From positions 40,176,001 to 40,240,000 of the forward strand of contig OX597828.1 of the NCBI GenBank assembly GCA_951406725.2: a stretch of 64,000 bases of DNA, read 5' to 3'. Made by a program: the position numbers and the translations under genes. The DNA comes from Octopus vulgaris. Its lineage: Eukaryota. The notes under the pieces were generated by a model. The model did no database searches, was not told the origin of the DNA, and saw nothing but the letters and a program-made list of their open reading frames with translations. Below, piece after piece: positions 51,887-64,000 of this stretch (positions are counted from its first letter, which is position 1; each line of letters begins with the position of its first letter).

Positions 51887-52082
51887 CAATGCTCCGTAAA
51901 CTTTTTTTTTAATTTGCCGTACATTTATATCATTTTCAAAATTCGGTGGCACACCTGAACTAAAAATATAACTTAGAGTATGGCGGCGGGGGGGGGGGAG
52001 TATATTCAGATTACACAGCGGCATACCTAGCATCGTCTCGTGGTACACCAGTGTGCCGCGGCACACCGGTTGCGGAGCACTG
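51887..52082. mobile_element. hAT-like MITE
   Basis: Termini CAATGCTCCGTAAAC / GGTTGCGGAGCACTG; TSD not matched. Confidence 0.55.
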
Positions 52083-52714
52083 CTCTAAAGTTACAAAAAT
52101 AAGAGAGGTTTTGTTCCATCATATAAAATTAACGAGCTAGTTGCTAAAACTAGGAAATGCCGATGGCATTGGTGAGTCACTTACGCTGATGACTGAGCTG
52201 ATATCTCTAGAACAGGGTTTAGCGACTACGTAGAAACCATTAGCAGCGAAAAGGGATCACAAATATGATTTGCTTGTCGTCCAGAAACGACCCGCGAGAA
52301 ATTTCCACTTCCTGTATCTCTCTTACTGCCTGCCATTTTGCATACAGCACAATGCTTGGACATTCCTATCCATCAGTTGTCCACTGGAGACGGCAGTCAT
52401 CTCAGGAACTTTCAATCATCGTATATGAAGGAGGGGGGAAAAAAACACCCCTCCAAACATTATTATTTAATGCTGAGAACAAATGGGTCGTCTTGTGCGC
52501 AGCGTCTGCGTCACCTATCGTAATCTTTATGATATGTTCGTGTGTCTTGGAGTGTGTGTGTGTGTTTGTGTGTGATAACGTGAATGTTTGTAACTGCGCA
52601 ATTTAAACTTTTGTTGAACTAATCTCGAAGAGCGTGTGTCTAGGACATGTGTACTTTTTAAGTTCATGCAGCTACATATGTCGGTTGGCATTATGACAAC
52701 TTTATACAAGAATA

Positions 52715-52716
<2 letters not shown>

Positions 52717-52771
<55 letters not shown>

Positions 52772-52888
52772 CATACACATATACATAGGTATACATACAT
52801 ACATACACACATGTATATATATATATATATATATACATACATACACACACACATATATACATAGGTATACATACATACATACATACAT

Positions 52889-52931
<43 letters not shown>

Positions 52932-53008
52932 CATACACACACATATACATAGGTATACATACATACACACACATATACATAGGTATACATACATACATAC
53001 ACACATGC

Positions 53009-53039
<31 letters not shown>

Positions 53040-53280
53040 CATACACACATGTATATATATATATATATATACATACATACATACACACACATATACATAG
53101 GTATACATACATACACACATGCATATATATATATATACATACATACACACACACATACATAGGTATACATACATACACACATGCATATATATATATACAT
53201 GCAGACATATATAACATAGATATATACGCAGATACATACATATAAATGTACACACATACGCACACGCACACGCACACACA
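52717..53280. repeat. Compound (TA)/(TACA)/(CA) array with higher-order ATAGGTAT units
   Basis: Repeated CATATACATAGGTATACATACATACACAC; a second array lies at 53587-53810. Confidence 0.92.
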
Positions 53281-53584
53281 CCTGACGGTGAAGATAGCAA
53301 AAGCGGAGTAGCTCATTCCCTCGTCAACATGTACAACAAATTAACAACAGCAACAAGAAACACCCTTCCACTGACAAGATGAAAAATGATTAAAAAGTCG
53401 GTCCTATTTCACTGCGCATTCAGATGGTGGGCATTCTGACATTGTGGAAAGTCTGCCCACATTGCGAACCTATATTAATAAAGCGATCACAGACATACTT
53501 CCCGTGAAAATAATGTACGATGTACTCGTTTTTAAGCACAATCATTTATCGTCTGCCCACCTCCAACTTTATACAACAAGAATA

Positions 53585-53639
<55 letters not shown>

Positions 53640-53972
53640 CATACATACAGACATATACATAGGTATACATATATACATACATACATACACACACATATAC
53701 ATAGGTATACATATATACATACACACATACACACACACACACACACACACATATACATAGGTATACATATATACATACATACATACATACACACACATAT
53801 ACATAGGTATTGCGCTTTCACTGCCAACACATTGCTCTGAATATAATCATGTACACACAAACATTCATACATTTATGTATATCTGAATGTATATATTTGT
53901 TTGATACACACATGCGTACACACAATGTGTGTGTGTGTGTGTGTGTGTGTGTGAAGAGGCTATATAAGCGTG

Positions 53973-54020
<48 letters not shown>

Positions 54021-55494
54021 CACACAAACACACACTTTTCATTAAAATAGGCGTTTCCATCCCTGTCTTTTAAATATATATCTTGTGGATGATTTAACCG
54101 TCTGGTGGTCTGGTTGGCGCAGGAAGCCCACTGGCAACTTGTCAGGAATTTAGAGCTTCGTAGCTGAAACCCTATTTCAAACGAGCTTAATGTTTCATAC
54201 GTCTGTAATTTTACGTATAACGTACCATATAACAACTCATTGCCATACCAACTCAAAGACCGAAGCTACTCGAAGACAAACGTCTTTCGACTTCGCTAAG
54301 AGATATTTTCTGTTTAACCCTCTTGTTAACATGGTGCTTTTTTTTAAAAAAATACACCACTTTAGTTAATTTTTAAAATAATCAAGAGTTTAGTGGAGTA
54401 ACTTTACCATTGTTAAGCTGGTGCTTGAAACAAATTAACCTGAAACTTTGATAGAAGATTTTAATTTAGATCATGCTAAAACGCGAATGGTAAATCACAG
54501 TTCCAAGAGCAGTCTCAAGACAGGTTGGAATAGAAAGGGGGAAACATTGACCAGTAATTAATAAACAAATCAATAATTTACTGTCTGATTTAATATGCAA
54601 ATATATAAATTTGTCTTTTAAACGCTGAGGGACTTTTACATAGATTATTAATACTTAAGATTTAATCTGTTACCCAATTTCGCTCCCCTCACTGGATCCT
54701 TGACTATTCTTAAGCGAGGTACTCACAGCTGAAAACATTCAACAGCAAGTCTTTGGTCTCAGGACAATCTGTGAGTCGTGATTTTTTTTCTCCTTGTCCA
54801 TTCTCAGACCAGTTTTTGGTAGTTCTGCAAAAAGAGTCGAAGAAACCAAACTTCCTATTTTGAAGCCATATATGAAAATGACGTATATACTATGGTGAAG
54901 TAATGCTTTTCACCTTGGCTGTTTGCAGTTTTGTATATGTGTTTGTAATAGGAGAATAGGGAAGCATTGAGCGTGGTGGACTCTGCAGACCGTTCCAGGC
55001 TGGTGAGTTTTAATGTAGCTGATGTTAAATTGAACTTAGGTAGGTTTGTACCAATTGAAGAAATGTGAGGTCTTCAGACCGGCTAAAAACAAAAATAGTC
55101 GAATTTCCCTTAAATAAAACGCTAGCGTCTTAATCAAGGGAAGTCACACTAGATGATACAATCCTAGATAACCACAAAAGAAAGTGGGATGGTCACGGGT
55201 GGAGTACTTTTGATCGTAGATTTCTTGTATCAGTTAACTTTGATTCTAAACAACATGGACAGAATGATATTTCAAGAGCAGGGTTCAGCAATTCTGTTTT
55301 ATAATGACCCACTTTTGTTTAGTTCTACTTTTGCTCACAACACACTTCTGTATTATATCGTGTATGCGAAGAAAATGCCCCCACCCCAAAGCCTGCATAC
55401 TTTATGACGTATACCTCATATATTTTCATCACTGGCAATCGTGACACAACAATCTATGTAAAAGCTACTAACTGCTCAGTGGCCCATAAATATC

Positions 55495-55850
55495 TTTTAC
55501 TTTTTGTCATTTGACTGCGGCCATGCTGGGGCACCGCTTTGAAGAATTTATAGTCGAATGAATCGACCCTGGCATTTATATATATTCATTAAAGCCTGGT
55601 ACTTATTCTTTCGGTTCTTTTTACCGAACCGCTAAGTTACGGGGGATGTAAACACTGCAATACCAGCTGTCAAACGGTATTGAAAACAAACACACACACA
55701 TACATACATACTCACTCACTCACACGTTCACTCAGAAGGCTTTGGTCGGCAAATGCCTGCAGTAGAAAACACTTGCCCAAGGTGCCACTCAGTGGGGCTG
55801 AACCAGCAACCATGTGGCTGGGAAGCAAACTTCTTACCACACAGCCACAC
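55495..55850 (-). mobile_element. SINE family B (minus)
   Basis: GTCATTTGACTGCGGCCATGCTGG...CTTACCACACAGCCAC. Confidence 0.82.
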
Positions 55851-57404
55851 TGAATTAAAAGAAAAATTGAAAATGTTCGAGACCCACAGATAAAACCTGT
55901 TGCCGATTCTTGTTTTTACAGGGAAGTTATTCTCCGAAGCAATCTTGGGCGAACTGTTTCCTGCGGGATCTCTGGTGGGTGTAGTAAGACAATAGTGTTT
56001 GTGAGAAGAGGAGAGACAAAGGCATTAAGTGAACCGAGGCCTCTGCTCGGTTCCTTTTCTCTTTCCCTCTCCTAAAACAAGTATTTTCATCAACCAACTG
56101 TTACGTAATATGTTGCTGAATGAATATTTACAATAAGTATAAGTACTGTCGTTTCTGTCACTCAGTCGTATTTAATTATTTTTAATTGTGTTATCTTGAA
56201 ATATATACCAGTAATGTACTGGGATCGATATATAAACTATAACCCCCTCCATACACACATACACACCACCACCACCATTTGTGGCCTTGTACTGAATGTG
56301 AGAAATTTATATTGATCTTTTAAAGGCCACACGCTTATTTGGAAGAGATATAACTGATTGATTTGAAAGTCAGTATATTACATTGCCGACCTATGATGGA
56401 TGAAAGACAACGTTGATCAACGCAGGATTTGAAACCAGGATGTAAAATGACATGAATACCTACAAATCAGCCTTGATAATAGAAAAAAAAATGCCTAGTT
56501 TTGGTGAAAATTTATCAGAAAAATGTAATCCCACACAAGAACTCAAAGACATGAATCAAATTGAACAGTGACAAAAGTGTGTAAACGATACGTAAGAAAC
56601 CTTAAGCATTATGATGGCTATCAACTCTTGTTTTAACTCTTTGTGGATTTGTTAGCCCAAAAGAGAGTTTGTCGAGTGTCAGTAGATTTGATTACTTTTG
56701 AGAAGTGGATAAAAAAAACACGTATGAGCCACAGGCTCTTCAATAATATGTTGTGTCGAATAATGAACGCCGGAAGTGAAAAGTTGGTGAATAGGGTATT
56801 TGGTAGGGACAGGAAGTGAATGAGAAAGGAATTGCAATGAATGAGAAATGCGGGTGGGGAGGTGAATGCGGTACGGAGTTTATACTCTGGGGAGTACCAG
56901 AGTACTTAAATTGTTCTCGTATTTAATTTCTATTCAATGCGACAAAGTAAATATCTCCAATGAAGTTGATAGCAGACACGGGGGAAAAGCGACAAGTGTG
57001 TACTTTCTTTCTATGTTTTTTAATTTAGAATCGCTTTGCACAAAGCTTAACTGGCAGGGACCGAAACCAATTTGAAGAATGGAATTTCAAAATATATTAG
57101 ACAACAGCCTGTGACACCACTCTGATGGGGAGGAACAAAAGCTCCCATTAATTAAGGTGTGGAAGAGAAAATTGAGACTTGTATTTTAGCAGACACAAAC
57201 ACCAAGATCATATCAACAGGAGTTACATAGGAGTTTCTTCTGGAGAAGTTTTCCTGTTGACTTGCTTCGTACGGATGAGCAACAATAATGTTCACAATCG
57301 GATTATAAGGCCTTGTTCCAATACTCTTTTTAAGTGTTTAGTTACAAAAAATTAATTTCTCGATCTGCCGTTCAAAGGGGAAAATTCCAAGTCTGTGTAA
57401 TAAT

Positions 57405-57614
57405 AATCCTTTCTAGTCTAGTTTACAAGGCCTGAAATTTTGGGGGTAGGGGTGAGTCGATTATAGCGACTCCAGGACTAAACCGGTATTCATTTTATCG
57501 ACTTCGAGAGGATGAAAGTCGAAGTTGCCCTCGGCGGAATTTGAACTTAAAGACGGACAAAATATCGGTAAGCATTTCGCCCGACGTGCTTACGATTCTG
57601 CCAGCTCACCGCCT
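57405..57614 (-). mobile_element. SINE family A, diverged
   Basis: CTCGGCGGAATTTGAAC...GATTCTGCCAGCTCACCGCC. Confidence 0.75.
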
Positions 57615-58119
57615 TTGAAAGTGTAATAATAATATTCAACCATTTTACATGCCATTTCAATGGGCCAGTACATTCAGCTGATGGAGCGAGTGAACACTCA
57701 CCACCGAAACCGACGGAGATCCGTTTACGCCTTTTCCCTTTACATTTAAGATGAACTTTCTTATTAATTTTCAATAATTTATTTTACTTTTATTTCTCTA
57801 AAGCATCGTTGTCTTCTTTAGCAAAACTTCACAAATTATGTAAAGTAAAGGTGAAACAAAACAAAGGCAAATCTCTGTATTCAGTACCTTTGAGGTAAGA
57901 CAGCTGATGACAGATGTGGTTTGCAATATATAGGTTATCGTCATCTCGATAGAGAGGAACTTTGCTTTTCTGTGTAAATTCTGTATTTCTTCCAACTAAT
58001 CTACACGCTTTCCATTGTCTGGTTGTCTCGAGTGTTCAAATAAATAACAACGATTTAAAAGATCTATAGAGAAAGGGGTAGCTTACTTCGCCAGGTGCAT
58101 TGATCATGTATAGAGAGAG

Positions 58120-58151
<32 letters not shown>

Positions 58152-58294
58152 GATGTATGTGTGTGTTTTTGGTTGATTTTTAAGATTATGCGTTTGTGTA
58201 TGTTGTATGAACACACATGCAAATATATACATGTATTCATATGTATTTCCACTTACACATGGAGATACATATTCCTATACATGTAGACATTCTG

Positions 58295-58328
<34 letters not shown>

Positions 58329-58418
58329 TGGGGGGGAGCGAGGGAGATTTATGTACGCAGTATGCTTAAACTTAAACGCTTATACGAGTATTTTTGTGTT
58401 TGTGTGTATATGTACACC

Positions 58419-58516
<98 letters not shown>

Positions 58517-59003
58517 TCAAATTGATATCAGTTAAATGAAAGCCAGGGCGGGTAGGTAACGGTTTGGAAACGACATCTGCTAATCGTTAGTGTAAATCGA
58601 GTGGCAGATATGAAGCTTAATAAGCAATACAGACCAGCTGTGATCGCATCATTCAACGGATTAGATAGTTTCCTCGTGAGAGTTTCGTTTGATACGGTGA
58701 AGCAAACTCGGTTAAATTTACACTACCGGTCTTTATTTTAGCAACAAGCTAGGACAAATAACAACGGAAAGAGACGTGGATAGAAGCATGGAGAGAAATG
58801 GATGGCGGCGGTGTTGACGGTGATATGGTGGTGGTGGGGGGAGATACAACAGGAACAACAAAAATTACAAAAACACAAAAAATTCACGAAAGGGGGAAAA
58901 GAAAAAAATGAATGAAATCGAAACGAAACGATAATTGCTATGTTTGCGCGTGTCTAAAATCTCCCTTCTATCGTTGTCTTTTTTTTTCCAGTTTGTATTA
59001 GGG

Positions 59004-59034
<31 letters not shown>

Positions 59035-59602
59035 TTGTAATGATGCCACGTGTTTCAATCACATGGTAAAATAGGGTGAGGACGAATATATGTAGGGGAA
59101 AAAAAGCACGTTAAATAAATATAAATTAACGAAAATCAGGTGAAGAGCCGTGTGAAGGCTGTCAGTTTTGTTGTGAAGTTATGAATGATGATAACTGCGA
59201 ACGACGACGGTTCAGTAAATAACCAGAACAGGAACTTGCGTATCACTTTATTCGGTCATGCGCGAATGGGTTTCTTGAAAGGACGGACAACGCGCCCGGA
59301 ATACATTTCCGATATAGGAGCTTCGATTCAATGGTACCTGGAGACTGTGTGCGGTGTTGACAAAGAAGTAGATAGAACAAACATCGATGAATGGAGGAAG
59401 GGTAGCTGAAAGGGGTTAAATAAAAGATGACACGTTTCGAAGGGGGGGGGGGGGAATATACATACATTCATAATATAAATAGGGTAGAGCTAAATAAAAC
59501 TACAAGATAAATTGGTGAACAAACAGTGTATTTAAATTCCGTCTTCATTTCTATTTTGCAAAAACAGGAAATAGATCCATAAAGACCTTTTCACAAAACT
59601 GA

Positions 59603-60109
<507 letters not shown>

Positions 60110-60112
60110 TAA

Positions 60113-60351
60113 GGCGTAGGAGTGGCTGTGTGGTAAGTAGCTTGTTTACCAACCACATGATTCCGGGTTGTTTTAATTGTTTCAGTCATTTGACTGTGGC
60201 CATGCTGAAGCACCACCTTTAGTTTCTTTCAGTTTCTACCAAATCCACTCACTAGGCCTTAGCTGGCCCAAGACACTTGCCCAAGGTGCCACGCAACGGG
60301 ACTGAACCCGGATCCACGTGGTTGGTAAGCAAGCTACTTATCACACAGTCA
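60113..60351. mobile_element. Fold-back SINE B composite (plus head joined to an internally deleted minus copy)
   Basis: Plus head 60113-60169, then minus tail, middle and head pieces ending CTTATCACACAGTCAC. Confidence 0.78.
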
Positions 60352-60589
60352 CGTTCATAATTAACAGATGGAATGTGTAAAAAGTGATGGATATGCAACC
60401 GTTAAATGGTCATCACTATCTCGGTATCACTTTACTTGGATTTCTCTTATAACCACTCTTTACTCTGTGGACCTATCCCTCTATAAAAACTTCGGAGTTT
60501 AAGTTCGATTCTTTCGAGTACTACAACGTGTTTTCTATATTGAGCGTATCTAGTTCTCACATTTTGACTCTCTCTCTCTCTCTCTCTCT

Positions 60590-62250
60590 GAGTCAATTAG
60601 GTTTAGCAAAGAATTAGCTAGTGCTAGAAGCAAAGTAGAAAAGGAACTAGTTAAGGCAATAGATGAAGCAATGAGGTCAGGCAATGCATCGAAAGTGTTA
60701 GCGGCGAGGTTAGCACTCAACCAATATATCAAATCTAAACATGAAGGGTGCATTGTCAGGGATAAGATCCGTGCAATGAGACAGGGAGGGATCAACGCAT
60801 CATTTAGGATCTTTGACGGTCCCAAATGGTCGATCAGTAAACGAACCCGTGGAGATGTGCAAGGTGTTTCACGATCATTTAGCCCAGCTATTCGGGAGGA
60901 GCGGCGGACTGGAGCGCGGTGAGAAGCTCGCAGACTTCCTAGCCGGTTCACCGCGTCTATCGAGGCCGGATGCGGAATCTGTGAGGCGCCGATCACAGCC
61001 AAGGAAGTCGAGGATGTGTTGGCAGACTGCGGCGGGGACAAACCGCCGGGACTCGATGGTCTGCCTTACGAACTCTATAGTAGCATGCCAGACTTGTTTG
61101 GGCACCTACTTGCGTGCGTGTACACCAACTGGCAGCAGAACGGGAGAATTCCTAAGTCTGTGAGCCGAGGGGTGGTAGCACTGTTAAAAAAGGACCCAAA
61201 CAAGGGGGATTTAATTGATAATTTTCGACCCATCACTCTGCTTAACGCAGAGTTGAAGATTTTGGCCAAGGTCTTAGCAAAAGGGTTGGCGCGGGTCGTG
61301 GGTGAACTTGTTGGCGAGCCGCAAACTTGCGCCATCCTTGGAAGGACCATCCACGACAATCTCCACTTTCTATGCTATGCCTTAGAAAGGGTAAATAGGA
61401 TTCCTGGCAAGGGTGGGGCTATGGTCCACTTGGACCAATCGAAAGCGTTCGATAGGATGGACCATCAGTATCTGGCAGCGGTCCTCGCGGCGGCTGGCCT
61501 CGGCCCGACCTTCCGCGGATGGATCGACGCTTTATACAGCAACATCGAATCGGTAGTTCGGGTGAACGGTTTCTTTTCGGAGCCGTTCCGCATTGAATGT
61601 TCGGTACATCAAGGGTGCCCTCTCTCCCCGCTTCTCTACGTTTTGGCCCTCGAGCCGTTGCTGAGGAGGTTGGAAACTATGAGGGGCACTCCGCAAGATC
61701 TAGGGTGCGGAAAGTCAGCTTCGGCGTATGCGGACGACATCACCGTCATCGTATCCCGAGTCGAGCACCTACAGTGGGTGGGTGAGGCCTTAAGAGATTA
61801 CGAAGCGGTGGCAGGAGCGAAAGTCAACCGGGATAAATCGGTCGGCTTGCAACTCGGCACCTAGAGGGGCAAGTCGATGTCTTCCGACAGCGTCGTAGAA
61901 CGTTGGACGGAAGGGCCGGTGAAAATGCTTGGAATCTGGTTAGGTCCAGATCTCCAGATAGAGAAGAATTGGAGCGAGGTGGCAAGAAAGGTGGCTCTCC
62001 TAACTCAGACCTGGTCTGAGCGGAAGCTGTCCTTGAAAGGGAGGGCGGAGGTGGCAGAGGTGTTTATCGCCTCTGTAATCACTTACCGCTTGACCGTCGT
62101 GCCTTGCCCCGATTCGTGGCTGAACAAGCTGGAACGCATGCTCTTTCGCTTTATGTGGAGGGGCAGCAGACCTCTTGTAAGGCACTCTATCTGCTGCCAA
62201 AATCCGCTGAAGTGTGGGTTAGGGATGCCGTGGCTGAAAATGCGCAGACA
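60590..62250 (+). mobile_element. L1/Tx1-clade LINE ORF2 fragment (RT region), truncated at both ends
   Basis: KPPGLDGLPYELY, NFRPITLLNAELKILAKVLA, HLDQSKAFDRMDH, SVHQGCPLSPLLY, SAYADDITV, KVNRDKS, KMLGIWLG; in-frame TAG at 61862 and upstream frameshifts. Confidence 0.9.
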
Positions 62251-62251
62251 T

Positions 62252-62465
62252 TTTTTACTGCCCACAGAGGGGACAAACAAGGACAGACAAACGGATTAAG
62301 TCGATTACATCGATCCCAGTGCGTAACTGGTACTTTATTTATCGACCCCGAAAGGATGAAAGGCAAAGTCGACCTCAGCGGAATTTGAACTCAGAATGTA
62401 GCGACAGACGAAATACCGCTAAGCATTTTGCCCGGCGTGATAACGATTTTACCAGCTCGCCGCCT
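62252..62465 (-). mobile_element. SINE family A abutting the broken 3' end of the Tx1 fragment
   Basis: GAGGGGACAAACAAGGACAG...CCAGCTCGCCGCC; a further deleted copy lies at ~62577-62718. Confidence 0.85.
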
Positions 62466-62918
62466 TAATAATAATAATAATAATAATGATATAATGATAA
62501 TGATAATGATAATAATAATGATAATAACAATAATAATAATAAATTTTGCCACTGGGGTAGCAATTTTATGGAAAGGTTTAAGTCGATTACATGATCAAAA
62601 TGTTCCACTGGTACTTAATTTATCGACCCCGAAAGGACCTCGGCGGAATTTGAACTCAAAACGTAGCGACGGGCGAAATGCCGCTGAGTATTTTGCCCGG
62701 CCTGCTAACGATTCTGCAATAATTCTTTCTACTTCAGGCACAAAGCTTGAAATTTCAGGATGAGGGAGCTCATCAATTACACCGGTACCACAGCTAATTA
62801 AATAATTATTTCTTTAGACCCTAACACATGCTTCAACGCGCAAGGAGACCGCGTACCCAATTAAATGGGAATGGAATTTTGAAATTATGGCAGCAATCAA
62901 CTTGTATTTTGAGATTTT

Positions 62919-63322
62919 GGAGTGGCTGTGTGGTAAGTAGCTTGCTTACTAACCACATGGTTCCGAGATCAGTCCCACTGCGTGGCACCTTCGACAAGTG
63001 TCTTCTACTACAGCCTCGGGCCGACCAAAGCCTTGTGAGTGGATCTGATAGACAAATTGAAAGAAGCCCTTCGTATATATGTATATGTATATATGTATGC
63101 ATGTGTGTGTATATGTTTGTGTGTCTGTGTTTGTCCCCCTAGCATTGCTTGACAACCGATGCTGGTGTGTTTACGTCCCCGTTACTTAGCCGTTCGGCAA
63201 AAGAGACTGATAGAATAAGTACTAGGCTTACAAAGAATAAGTCTTGGGGTCGATTTGCTCGACTAAAGGCGGTGCTCCAGCATGGCCGCAGTCAAATGAC
63301 TGGAACAAGTAAAAGAAAGTAA
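62919..63322 (+). mobile_element. SINE family B
   Basis: Canonical head to tail. Confidence 0.88.
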
Positions 63323-64000
63323 AGATATATATATATATATATATATATACATAGCGTGATGTACAAGCATATCAATATATGTGTGTATTTGTATATCCAT
63401 GCCGGTTTGTAGGTATTTGTGTATACATACATACATTTAACCTTCCTTACAGCGAAAGTCAGGAATCCCCTCTCTCCCTCTTCTCCCCCTCTCCCTGTCA
63501 CACACGCGCGCGCCCCACACGTGTAAGTTTGAAAAGTTGCGTCTCCTAAGCCATAAGGGACACACCAGAACGGAAGGGTGTGGTGATATCATTAAGATTA
63601 CTTCGAAAGCTCTAAAAGATTTGGGCTTAATGTGTTTTGCGGAAACACATTGTTGACAGAACTTGGGAAGAGACTAGTAGGTGTGACATGGCCCGTTGGG
63701 TAAAATGTTGGACAGCCAGCTTATGAGACTCAGGATCAAATCCACCGCAGTTATTTGATTTTATTTTACAAACAACTTAATTGGACTTTGCTTCAGTGTT
63801 TTGAGTTTTTCAAAAATTTACTTGCGATAGGAGTGAATTTCTTTTTCCTGCGTAAACCAAACGCAGAAACGTGGGGTAAGTGATCGGCACATCAATGAAA
63901 CGAGCGGGATAAATGCAAAGAAAGAGGGAAGTTGTAATTCGAATGAAATTCGTCTGCTATTTCCAGCAAGTCTAACGACTACGTAGAGACTTCTTAATTG

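Noticed and set aside
54314-54545. piggyBac-like MITE (TTAACCC...AAAGGG)
   Set aside because: Right-hand TTAA is absent and TIR similarity is marginal.
57804-57894. Possible 91-nt exon (polypyrimidine-AG ... GAG|GTAAGA, one open frame)
   Set aside because: No recognisable protein or partner exons; such sites arise by chance in AT-rich DNA. Needs RNA-seq.
60368-60392. TGGAATGT miR-1-like seed
   Set aside because: Remainder does not match miR-1 and there is no complementary arm.

Overview
AT-rich, microsatellite-dense eukaryotic non-coding DNA. The repeat content (three abundant tRNA-derived SINE families resembling the octopus OK/OR1/OR2 types, from recall rather than a database search) points to a coleoid cephalopod, probably Octopus. 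I found no supportable host protein-coding exon, rRNA, tRNA gene or CRISPR array; most listed ORFs are microsatellite or SINE artefacts. The window is mainly decayed transposons: a full-length frameshifted Tc1, a Tigger/pogo deletion derivative, four Merlin-like MITEs (three carrying TTAGGG repeats), hAT MITEs, a head-to-tail Helitron dimer, RTE LINE and Gypsy pol relics, Penelope-like scraps and a young GC-rich Tx1-type LINE. I found no new multi-gene system. The best second-look items are structural: two Merlin-like MITEs inserted within about 1 bp of the same position of a SINE tRNA head, several fold-back palindromes abutting (TA)n tracts (one a 124-bp spacerless palindrome), two locally templated insertions inside SINEs, a 48-bp target-site duplication, a recurrent SINE dimer junction, a 46-47-bp minisatellite followed by a pre-miRNA-like hairpin, and an orphan multi-stem segment.
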